Part shown: one piece after another, positions 8,938 through 16,805 of the stretch | How positions within the stretch are numbered: position 1 is the stretch's first letter | How the letters are laid out: each line of letters opens with the position of its first letter | NCBI GenBank assembly: GCA_043816785.1 | Contig: JBDRHP010000102.1 | Coordinates: forward strand, 1 to 29,188 | Reading direction: 5' to 3' | Source of the DNA: Candidatus Margulisiibacteriota bacterium | GTDB lineage: Bacteria > Margulisbacteria > WOR-1 > O2-12-FULL-45-9 | Length of the DNA: 29,188 bases | Position numbers and translations under genes: made by a program | Notes under the pieces: generated by a model | What the model was told of the DNA's origin: nothing | Database searches by the model: none | What the model saw: the letters and a program-made list of their open reading frames with translations, nothing else

Positions 8938-9558
8938 CGAGTCAACCGCTCGCGAAAGAGTCATGACCTCAACCCGTTTTGCTCCGGCGATCTTTAAAAC
9001 TTTGGAACATTCGGCAATGGTCGCGCCAGTTGTGTAAATGTCATCCAGCAGCAGCACCCGTTTATTGTAAACCGATTGTGAGTCAACCACTTTAAAAGCT
9101 CCAGTTATGTTATTGAAACGCTCCTGCCGCGGCAGATCAAACTGCGCCTGCGTGTTATTCACCCTTTCCAGGGCGGAAACTAGCGACGTGCCATAGTATC
9201 TGCTAAGAACGTTTCCCAACAGCTCCGCCTGATTAAAGCCTCTTTGGCGCAGGCGTTTTTTATGGAGCGGGACCGGAATGATCACATCGATCTCTTTCAT
9301 CTCCAGCATTGGCGCCTGGCTCAGGTATTTTACCATAATGATGCCAAGCGGCTCGGCCAGTCTTTTTTTTCCCTTAAATTTAAAACGATGGATAGCGGTT
9401 CTTAATGCCCCATCGTAGACCGCGATGCTGTAAATGCCTAAATGCGGCTTCATGAATTTGATGTCCTGAAAACAGGTCTGGCACAGGGCTTCTTTACTAT
9501 CACTTTTGCAAACTTCACACCGCGGGGGAAAGATAAGATTTAGAATTGAATCCCACAT
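8935..9558 (-). CDS. comF: ComF family phosphoribosyltransferase-like protein
   Basis: FPPRCEVC..CQTC zinc site, PVPLH..R..QRGFNQA, LLLDDIYTTGAT. Confidence 0.9.
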   Translation of the reverse strand: MWDSILNLIFPPRCEVCKSDSKEALCQTCFQDIKFMKPHLGIYSIAVYDGALRTAIHRFKFKGKKRLAEPLGIIMVKYLSQAPMLEMKEIDVIIPVPLHKKRLRQRGFNQAELLGNVLSRYYGTSLVSALERVNNTQAQFDLPRQERFNNITGAFKVVDSQSVYNKRVLLLDDIYTTGATIAECSKVLKIAGAKRVEVMTLSRAVDS

Positions 9559-9566
9559 TGCTAAGA

Positions 9567-9589
9567 ATTATAGCATATGATATCATATA
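9567..9589. promoter_or_regulatory. Back-to-back extended -10 elements with a 14-bp palindrome
   Basis: TGCTATAAT (minus, 9575-9567, 8 nt before comF ATG); TGATATCAT (plus, 9578-9586, 9 nt before ATG 9596); ATATGATATCATAT 9576-9589. Confidence 0.5.
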
Positions 9590-9595
9590 CTCGCT

Positions 9596-10219
9596 ATGAC
9601 CTGGGAAGAAATAATGTCTTTGCTTGATCAAGGCGAAGGCCAGTCAGTTGAATTCGAAAAAACTATTCCATCTGAAGACGACATTGCCCGCGAATTGGTC
9701 GCGTTTTCCAATGCGGATGGCGGTAAGATCATTTACGGGATTGATGATAAGAACAAGCACCTGGTTGGCGCAGAAATTACCAGCGACTTAAAAGAGCAGA
9801 TCGATAAGATCGGCAAGACTTCCTGCAAACCAGCGATTATTCCTTCCATTGATATTGTTGAAAAGGCTGAAAAAAGGATCGTAGTTGTCAATGTGCCCGA
9901 AGGTGACGATAAGCCCTACCGCTCAGACGAGATCTGTTATATCAGGGACGGCAATGTTTCCCGACCAGCCAAGGAGAACGAGGTTAAGGAGTTAACCAAT
10001 CCCTGGTCTGGAAAAGGGCTGAACAAACGGCAGATTAGATCCATGCAAATGATGGCCGAACATGGCAGCATTACCAACCGTGAGTTCCGTGAAGCGTTTA
10101 ATGTCTCTCATAAGACCGCTCATATAGAGTTAACAATACTGGTCGATAAAAGACTGGTATTGACAGAAGGCGCCGGGAGATCTACTCGTTATATTCTTCC
10201 TGCTCAACCTGAGGAATAA
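9596..10219 (+). CDS. AlbA_2 (Schlafen-like) domain protein with C-terminal winged HTH
   Basis: GEGQSVEFEK, ELVAFSNADGGKIIYGIDD, KPY....CYIR.G; C-terminal LNKRQ..GSITNREFRE..GAGRSTRY. Confidence 0.78.
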   Translation: MTWEEIMSLLDQGEGQSVEFEKTIPSEDDIARELVAFSNADGGKIIYGIDDKNKHLVGAEITSDLKEQIDKIGKTSCKPAIIPSIDIVEKAEKRIVVVNVPEGDDKPYRSDEICYIRDGNVSRPAKENEVKELTNPWSGKGLNKRQIRSMQMMAEHGSITNREFREAFNVSHKTAHIELTILVDKRLVLTEGAGRSTRYILPAQPEE

Positions 10220-10232
10220 GGTGTCGTGCCCA

Positions 10233-10289
10233 TGTCATTCCCGCGAAAGCGGGAATCTATATAGATGTCCGATCAAGTCGGGCATGACA
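10233..10289. repeat. CGTC-type/dRS3-like palindromic doublet, copy 2
   Basis: TGTCATTCCCGCGAAAGCGGGAATCTA-TA-TAGATGTCCGATCAAGTCGGGCATGACA. Confidence 0.88.
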
Positions 10290-10314
10290 CATAGAAAAAA
10301 GGAGTAATATTAGC

Positions 10315-11052
10315 ATGAGAAAACCGATCATGGCCGGAAACTGGAAAATGTTTAAAACTGAAGCTGAGGCAGTTGATTTTGCCAAGAAGATCAAACCGCT
10401 GGTCGCTGATGTTCATGACCGTATTATCATAATTTGCCCCCCCTACCCGGTCCTATCCAAGATGTGTGATGAGTTATGCAATAGCAATATTGCTTTGGGT
10501 GCGGAAAACCTTTTTTGGGAAGATGAAGGAGCCTTTACTGGCGAGGTCTCTGGCCCAATGCTCAAAGCTGTTGGCTGCACGTATGTGATCATCGGCCATT
10601 CCGAAAGAAGGCAGTACTTTGGTGAAACGGATGAGACGGTAAATAAAAGGATCAAAGCTGCTTTGAAACATAATTTGTACCCCATTGTCTGTGTCGGCGA
10701 AAAGTTGGAAGAACGCGAAAATGGCAGCACGTTTAATGTTGTTGAAACCCAGATCAAGGGCGCGTTTAAAGATATCTCAGTTGAACAGTGGGACAACATT
10801 GTTATTGCTTATGAACCTGTTTGGGCGATCGGTACCGGCAAGACAGCTACCCCTGAACAGGCCCAGGAGGTTCACGCCTTTATCAGAAAGCTTTTACCCG
10901 AAGAAGTTGCGGAGGGAACCAGAATCTTGTACGGCGGTTCGGTTAAACCAGCCAACGTTAAAGAATTAATGGCTCAGCCGGATATTGACGGCGGTTTGGT
11001 TGGCGGGGCGAGCTTAAAGGTTGATTCGTTTGTTGAATTAGTTAAGTATTGA
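10315..11052 (+). CDS. tpiA: Triosephosphate isomerase
   Basis: AGNWKM, IIGHSERR, AYEPVWAIGTG, YGGSV, LVGGASL. Confidence 0.97.
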   Translation: MRKPIMAGNWKMFKTEAEAVDFAKKIKPLVADVHDRIIIICPPYPVLSKMCDELCNSNIALGAENLFWEDEGAFTGEVSGPMLKAVGCTYVIIGHSERRQYFGETDETVNKRIKAALKHNLYPIVCVGEKLEERENGSTFNVVETQIKGAFKDISVEQWDNIVIAYEPVWAIGTGKTATPEQAQEVHAFIRKLLPEEVAEGTRILYGGSVKPANVKELMAQPDIDGGLVGGASLKVDSFVELVKY

Positions 11053-11058
11053 AATTGG

Positions 11059-11170
11059 ATTTGGAAACCCGCGAATGAACCCTTCGGCAAGCTCAGGGCA
11101 GCACCGAGCGAAGTCGAGGTGCTTCGCGGTTTCCAAATAAGGAAGCCGAGACGTTTAGTCTCAGGCTTCC
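11059..11170. repeat. Inverted pair of TRAAC-loop hairpins (copy 7 filled, copy 8 empty)
   Basis: 11059-11138 (+) ATTTGGAAACC-C-GCGAA-TGAAC-[42 bp]-TTCGC-GGTTTCCAAAT; 11141-11170 (-) GGAAGCC-T-GAGAC-TAAAC-GTCTC-GGCTTCC. Confidence 0.9.
11081..11122 (+). mobile_element. 42-bp mini-element inserted in hairpin loop (copy C)
   Basis: Identical to copies A and B. Confidence 0.75.
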
Positions 11171-11189
11171 GTCAAAAAGGGAGGATAAA

Positions 11190-12170
11190 ATGGCAAAAAG
11201 GTTATATGAAGAACTGGGTTTAGTAAATACCACGGAAATGTTTAAGAAAGCAGTTAAAGGCGGATACGCGATCCCTGCTTATAACTTTAATAATATGGAG
11301 CAGCTGCAGGCGATCATTATGGCTTGTGCGGAAAGCAGCTCTCCGGTTATAATACAAGTATCCAGCGGCGCCAGAAAGTACGCTAACCAAACCATGTTAA
11401 AATATATGGCCCAGGGTGCGGTGCAAATGGCGCGCAAGGATTTCAAAAGCAATATTCCCATCTGCTTGCATTTAGACCATGGAGATACTTTTGAGCTTTG
11501 TAAGTCTTGTATTGACTCTGGCTTCTCTTCAGTTATGATCGACGGCTCCCACCACCCTTATGCCAAGAACGTTGAATTGACCAAGCAGGTTGTTGAATAC
11601 GCTCATAAACATGGCGTAACGGTTGAAGGTGAGCTTGGTGTTCTGGCCGGTATTGAAGATGAGGTTTCGGCTGAAAAGTCAACTTATACCAAACCAGAAG
11701 AAGTGCAGGACTTTGTTAGTAAAACCGGGGTAGATAGTCTGGCTATTTCAATCGGGACATCTCACGGCGCTTTTAAATTTAAAGTTAAGCCTGGTGAGCA
11801 GCCCCCTCCCCTTCGTTTTGACGTTTTAGAGGAAATTGAAAAAAAACTGCCCGGGTTCCCAATTGTTTTACATGGCGCTTCTTCAATACCACAGGATTAC
11901 GTGGCCATGATTAATAAATTCGGCGGCAAAATGGAAGGCGCGGTTGGCGTTTCTGAGGAACAATTGCGTAAAGCGGCAAAGTCAGCGGTCTGTAAGATAA
12001 ATATTGATAGCGATGGAAGACTGGTCGTGACCGCAGTAATTAGAAAAGTTTTTGCTGAAAAACCTGGCGAGTTTGATCCCAGAAAATATTTGGGCCCTGC
12101 TCGTGAGGAATTGAAGAAATTGCTGATCCACAAAAATGAGCACGTCTTAGGCTCAGCCGGAAAGGGGTAA
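11190..12170 (+). CDS. fba: Class II fructose-1,6-bisphosphate aldolase
   Basis: LHLDHG, SSVMIDGSH, VEGELG, IGTSHG, VLHGASS, KINIDSD, FDPRKYL. Confidence 0.96.
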   Translation: MAKRLYEELGLVNTTEMFKKAVKGGYAIPAYNFNNMEQLQAIIMACAESSSPVIIQVSSGARKYANQTMLKYMAQGAVQMARKDFKSNIPICLHLDHGDTFELCKSCIDSGFSSVMIDGSHHPYAKNVELTKQVVEYAHKHGVTVEGELGVLAGIEDEVSAEKSTYTKPEEVQDFVSKTGVDSLAISIGTSHGAFKFKVKPGEQPPPLRFDVLEEIEKKLPGFPIVLHGASSIPQDYVAMINKFGGKMEGAVGVSEEQLRKAAKSAVCKINIDSDGRLVVTAVIRKVFAEKPGEFDPRKYLGPAREELKKLLIHKNEHVLGSAGKG

Positions 12171-12174
12171 AAAT

Positions 12175-13221
12175 ATGTCAGTAAAAGTTGGTATTTTAAC
12201 TGGTGGTGGGGATTGCCCGGGGTTGAATCCAGTTATCAGAGCAGCGGTTAGAAAAGGTATTGAGGTTTATAAATATGACATGATAGGTCTTTACCATGGT
12301 TGGGCTGGTTTGATGGATAAGAATTGCGGCCCGCTTGACCTGAGGGCTGTTTCAGGCATTCTTCCTCGCGGCGGCACAATCCTGGGAACTTCCCGGACCA
12401 ATCCAGCCAAGATCGAAGGCGGCTATGAAAAAGCCAAGCAAAATTTTATGGAAATGGGACTGGATGCCCTGATCGCTATTGGCGGCGAAGATACCCTGGG
12501 AGTTGCTAATAAACTTAACAAGATCGGCGTTCATGTGGTTGGCGTTCCCAAGACGATTGACAACGATCTTTCGGCCACTGACTTCACCTTTGGTTTCGAT
12601 ACTTCAGTTAACATCATTATGGAAGCAATTGATAGACTTCACACTACTGCTGAATCTCATGATCGCGTCCTAGTCGTTGAAGTTATGGGGCGGCATGCCG
12701 GCTGGTTAGCGGTTTATGGCGGCATGGCTGGCGGCGCGGACGTTATTCTGATCCCTGAGGAGAAGTTTGATTTAACTGAGGTTTGCCAGCATTTGAAGAA
12801 GCGCCATGCCGGCGGCAAGAACTTTAGCATTGTGGTAGCTGCTGAAGGCGCCCTGCCCAAAGAAGGCGGCGTGGGTTCTGAATTTTTCACCAAAGATAAA
12901 TCATTGGATGCCTTTGGCCATGTTAAATTGGGCGGGATTGCTGACGCTTTAGCCAAGGCGATCGAAAAAAATACTGGTTTTGAGACCCGCTCGGTCGTCT
13001 TAGGACACCTTCAAAGAGGCGGCACCCCCAGTGCTTTTGACCGCGTCCTGGGTACCCGCTTTGGCATTGCGGCAATTGACCTGGTCCATGACAAGCATTT
13101 CGGCAAAATGGTCGCGTTGCAGGGAAATAAGATCGTGGCTGTGCCGTTGGAAAAAGCGGTTGCTAAGCTTAAGACAGTTGATAAAGATCTTTACGATATC
13201 GCGAAGGTTTTCTTTGGCTAG
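12175..13221 (+). CDS. pfk: 6-phosphofructokinase, probably PPi-dependent
   Basis: TGGGDCPGLN, GGEDT and PKTIDND (Asp and Lys at the donor-specificity positions), EVMGR. Confidence 0.9.
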   Translation: MSVKVGILTGGGDCPGLNPVIRAAVRKGIEVYKYDMIGLYHGWAGLMDKNCGPLDLRAVSGILPRGGTILGTSRTNPAKIEGGYEKAKQNFMEMGLDALIAIGGEDTLGVANKLNKIGVHVVGVPKTIDNDLSATDFTFGFDTSVNIIMEAIDRLHTTAESHDRVLVVEVMGRHAGWLAVYGGMAGGADVILIPEEKFDLTEVCQHLKKRHAGGKNFSIVVAAEGALPKEGGVGSEFFTKDKSLDAFGHVKLGGIADALAKAIEKNTGFETRSVVLGHLQRGGTPSAFDRVLGTRFGIAAIDLVHDKHFGKMVALQGNKIVAVPLEKAVAKLKTVDKDLYDIAKVFFG

Positions 13222-14219
13222 GACGCCAGCATATTCGCGACTCGCAGATGCTCCATATCGATTTGCTTAGTGGTCTTACTTATCTTATCGATTGGAAAAA
13301 GGCAGACTCGATCTGAGATCGCGCCTACCAGATAGCCTGATTTGCCTTCAATTAACGCTTCAACCGCTGCCGCGCCTAATTTGCAGGCCAATTCACGGCT
13401 TAGAGATGATGGAGACCCTCCTCGCTGGACATATCCCAGGTTGGTGACTCGAACCTCAATATTGAGTTTGTCCCCCAGTTTCTCAGCGATCTTACGCACA
13501 TCCCCTACTCCTTCAGCCATTACTACAATAAAGCTTTCTTTACCCCTTTCCTGGCCAACCCTGATCTGTCTGGCCAACATATCCAGATCGTATTTAACCT
13601 CTGGTATCAAAATTGCCTCAGCACCAGCAGACAAGCCAACATCCAAGGCAATAAAACCATTGTGTCTGCCCATGACTTCTACGACAAAGACCCTTTCGTG
13701 TGAAGTGGCTGTATCCCTTATCTTATCAATTGCCTCCAAAGCCGTATTTACCGCAGTATCAAAGCCGATAGTATAGTCAGTTCCCGGAATATCATTATCA
13801 ATTGAGGCTGGAATAACGTTTACCGGAAAACCATACTCCTGCATAAATCTATAGGCTGACTTCATTGAGCCGTCGCCGCCAATGACAACCATAGCATCAA
13901 TTTGGCGCAGCTTAAGCTCATTGTAAGCCATTTTGCGGTTCTTCTTATCATTGAATTCAGGGGTGCGGCGGGTGTGCAGGATGGTACCGCCTTTGTTTAT
14001 AATGCCGCTGACAGATTTCGGTCCCATCTCTTTTATTAAGCCGTTAATTGCGCCATACCAGCCCTTTTCAACGCCCCAGACCTTGAGGCCATGGTATATT
14101 GCTGTCCGTACAACCGCTCTGATGGCTGTGTTCATTCCTGGAGCGTCGCCGCCAGGCGTGATCACTGCAATGGAATTAAGTCTTTTTGTCCGGGATTTAG
14201 CTTTCTTTTTAGCTGACAT
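13218..14219 (-). CDS. pfkA: ATP-dependent 6-phosphofructokinase
   Basis: GGDAPGMN, GGDGS, PASIDND, EVMGR, QRGG. Confidence 0.92.
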   Translation of the reverse strand: MSAKKKAKSRTKRLNSIAVITPGGDAPGMNTAIRAVVRTAIYHGLKVWGVEKGWYGAINGLIKEMGPKSVSGIINKGGTILHTRRTPEFNDKKNRKMAYNELKLRQIDAMVVIGGDGSMKSAYRFMQEYGFPVNVIPASIDNDIPGTDYTIGFDTAVNTALEAIDKIRDTATSHERVFVVEVMGRHNGFIALDVGLSAGAEAILIPEVKYDLDMLARQIRVGQERGKESFIVVMAEGVGDVRKIAEKLGDKLNIEVRVTNLGYVQRGGSPSSLSRELACKLGAAAVEALIEGKSGYLVGAISDRVCLFPIDKISKTTKQIDMEHLRVANMLAS

Positions 14220-14279
14220 TCAAATCATCTCCCTTTTACAGTTGCTCATATGATATCACAAATATTTATTGTTAAAAAG

Positions 14280-14310
14280 GTGAAATTGGTTTGTGAACCA
14301 ACCGATAAAT
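14280..14310 (+). promoter_or_regulatory. Sigma28-like promoter motif upstream of the NUDIX gene
   Basis: GTGAAATT-N15-CGATAAAT, i.e. GAAA-N15-ACCGATAA versus the consensus TAAA-N15-GCCGATAA. Confidence 0.55.
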
Positions 14311-14317
14311 ATTTAAG

Positions 14318-14992
14318 ATGCTTTACGCAATACGTTCTACTACATTATATGTAAGGGCTAAGATAGCGGTTAAGAACATGATGGCCATGGTAAAACCAAA
14401 GAAACAGCATATTTCAGGTTACCAGGCGGGCTATTCTCCGGAAACTGACCGGCTGCCTATCGTTGATAATTCTCTGAAAGTTCTGGGAATTGGGGAACGT
14501 GGAGAGGTGCATAAGGAAGGAATGCTGCACCCTACTGTGCATTTGCTGATGTTTTCACCGGACAAACGCTATATTTTAGTGCAGTGTCGAGGTCAAAAGG
14601 ATTTTAGCTCAGGCAAACTTGCCCAATCAGTAGCAGGCCACGCTGGCGCAAAAGAGGAAATGCTTGGCCAGACTATTGCGGATAAGGATATCAGAAGGAC
14701 ATTAGATAAAGAAACTAAAGAGGAAGCTGGCTTAGATCCATTGACGTATAGTTTTGTTCAGTGTTATCCATATGAATCCCATTGGGCAGATGGAAGGTTT
14801 ATGAATCTTGAAATGACCTTTCTTTATACTGCCGCCTATTCCGGGAGAGTTTATCCAAATTATAGCGAGGTAAAGTGGATGGGCTGGTTTGCATTAAGAG
14901 GAATTCAGAAACTTATTGATAACAGGCCTGAGATGTTCTCTCCTAGCTTTCTTAGAGATCTCGAAATCATCAAAAACTCGCAGAATAAGTGA
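14318..14992 (+). CDS. NUDIX hydrolase, IDI/YfcD-like
   Basis: R.EVH..G.LH..VH, SVAGH, KETKEEAGL Nudix box, SEV; lacks the IDI catalytic Cys; N-terminal extension with uncertain start. Confidence 0.75.
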   Translation: MLYAIRSTTLYVRAKIAVKNMMAMVKPKKQHISGYQAGYSPETDRLPIVDNSLKVLGIGERGEVHKEGMLHPTVHLLMFSPDKRYILVQCRGQKDFSSGKLAQSVAGHAGAKEEMLGQTIADKDIRRTLDKETKEEAGLDPLTYSFVQCYPYESHWADGRFMNLEMTFLYTAAYSGRVYPNYSEVKWMGWFALRGIQKLIDNRPEMFSPSFLRDLEIIKNSQNK

Positions 14993-15019
14993 AATTTTCC
15001 TGAAAAGGACACGATAAAT
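14989..15019 (+). promoter_or_regulatory. Sigma28-like promoter motif upstream of pgm-pgi
   Basis: GTGAAATT-N15-CGATAAAT, same boxes and spacing as 14280-14310. Confidence 0.55.
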
Positions 15020-15047
15020 CGGTACTCGCTCGGGGGTATTTATTTAG

Positions 15048-15067
15048 CCTGCCTACCGGCAGGCGGG
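15048..15067. repeat. 20-bp imperfect palindrome adjoining the pgm SD
   Basis: CCTGCCTACCGGCAGGCGGG. Confidence 0.5.
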
Positions 15068-15080
15068 GAGGTAATGAAAA

Positions 15081-16742
15081 ATGGCTCTACACGCTTTAGC
15101 AGGAAAACCGGCCCCAAGAGAAATGTTGATCAATGTTGCACGTTTAAGACACGCCTACTACGGATTAAGGCCCAATCATCAAGTCAGTGAACAATTGGTT
15201 TCTTTTGGTACTTCAGGCCACCGAGGATATTCTTTAGATACTTCTTTTAATGAAACACATATCTATTCAATTGCCCAGGCAATTTGCGAATACAGGGAAG
15301 CTAATGACATTACTGGGCCGCTTTTTGTCGGTATGGATACTCACGCGTTATCAGAACCAGCATTAATGACTGCTTTGGAGGTTTTTGCTGCTAACGGTGT
15401 TGATGTAATGGTCCAAAATGCGAGTGATAACACACGTTACACCCCTACACCAGCGGTTTCTCACGCGATTTTAGCCCACAATAAAGGCAGGGATACCCGA
15501 CTGGCCGACGGTGTGATCATTACCCCGTCGCACAACCCTCCGGGTGATGGTGGGTTTAAGTATAATCCCCCAAATGGCGGACCAGCTGATACTAATGCAA
15601 CCGGCTGGATCCAAAACAGGGCCAATGAGATCATAGCTAATGATCTAAAAGATGTAAGGCGAATGCCTTATGAAAGATCTCTAAAAGCTTCCACCACCCA
15701 TGATTTCGACTATGTTACCCCATACGTTGAAGGCCTGCGTGAGGTTATTGATATGAAACAGATCGCAGAATCCGGCATTAGGATCGGCGCAGACCCTATG
15801 GGCGGCGCTGGTGTTGGTTATTGGGGGCCGATCGCAGAACGCTATGGTTTGAACCTTGAGATCGTTAATCCTAATGTTGATCATACTTTCAGCTTTATGA
15901 CGGTTGATAAGGACGGCAAGATCAGAATGGACTGCTCATCACCTTATGCTATGGCAAGTTTGGTCGGCTTAAAAGATAAATTTGATATTGCCTTTGGCAA
16001 TGACACTGACTTTGACAGGCATGGGATTGTCACCCCAAGTGTTGGTTTAATGAACCCTAACCACTACTTAGCGGTTGCCATTAATTATCTGTTCTCCAAC
16101 AGAACCGGCTGGAGCCGAGATGCAGCCATTGGTAAGACTCTGGTTAGCAGCAGCATGATCGATCGTGTTGCTGCATCTTTGGACCGCAGGCTTTCTGAAG
16201 TACCTGTTGGCTTTAAATGGTTTGTTGATGGCCTATTGAATGGTTCTTATGGTTTTGGTGGAGAAGAATCTGCCGGAGCTTCATTTCTGCGTAGAGATGG
16301 CACGGTTTGGGTTACTGAAAAAGATGGTATCATCATGGATCTTCTAGCAGCTGAGATCACAGCTAGAACCCAGCGTGATCCTGGTCAGCACTATCAGGAT
16401 CTGACAGCGAGGTTTGGTGAGCCTGTTTACGCCAGGATTGATGCTCCAGCCACAGTTGAACAAAAAACTATTTTAAAAGGTCTTTCCCCTGATCAGGTTA
16501 CTGCTGATCAATTAGCTGGGGAGACTATTCTAGCTAAGTTAACTGAGGCTCCTGGCAACAACGCCGCGATCGGCGGGCTCAAAGTCGTGACCGAGAATGG
16601 CTGGTTTGCCGCCCGCCCTTCAGGAACTGAAGAGATCTACAAGATCTATGGCGAAAGCTTCCGCGGCCAGGAACACCTGGAAGCGATCCAGGCCGAAGCC
16701 AAAGCGATTGTGGCTGCGACATTTGAAGCAGCTGGTGTATAA
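15081..16742 (+). CDS. pgm: Phosphoglucomutase, alpha-D-glucose-phosphate-specific (E. coli Pgm type)
   Basis: [36 protein letters not shown]. Confidence 0.95.
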   Translation: MALHALAGKPAPREMLINVARLRHAYYGLRPNHQVSEQLVSFGTSGHRGYSLDTSFNETHIYSIAQAICEYREANDITGPLFVGMDTHALSEPALMTALEVFAANGVDVMVQNASDNTRYTPTPAVSHAILAHNKGRDTRLADGVIITPSHNPPGDGGFKYNPPNGGPADTNATGWIQNRANEIIANDLKDVRRMPYERSLKASTTHDFDYVTPYVEGLREVIDMKQIAESGIRIGADPMGGAGVGYWGPIAERYGLNLEIVNPNVDHTFSFMTVDKDGKIRMDCSSPYAMASLVGLKDKFDIAFGNDTDFDRHGIVTPSVGLMNPNHYLAVAINYLFSNRTGWSRDAAIGKTLVSSSMIDRVAASLDRRLSEVPVGFKWFVDGLLNGSYGFGGEESAGASFLRRDGTVWVTEKDGIIMDLLAAEITARTQRDPGQHYQDLTARFGEPVYARIDAPATVEQKTILKGLSPDQVTADQLAGETILAKLTEAPGNNAAIGGLKVVTENGWFAARPSGTEEIYKIYGESFRGQEHLEAIQAEAKAIVAATFEAAGV

Positions 16743-16743
16743 T

Positions 16744-16783
16744 GTCAGAGGATCAGATCATCAGAAAATCAGAATAGCAGAAA
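16744..16783 (+). repeat. Degenerate 8-bp tandem repeat, 5 units
   Basis: GTCAGAGG ATCAGATC ATCAGAAA ATCAGAAT AGCAGAAA. Confidence 0.6.
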
Positions 16784-16805
16784 GAATATATCTGGAGGAA
16801 TAAAA

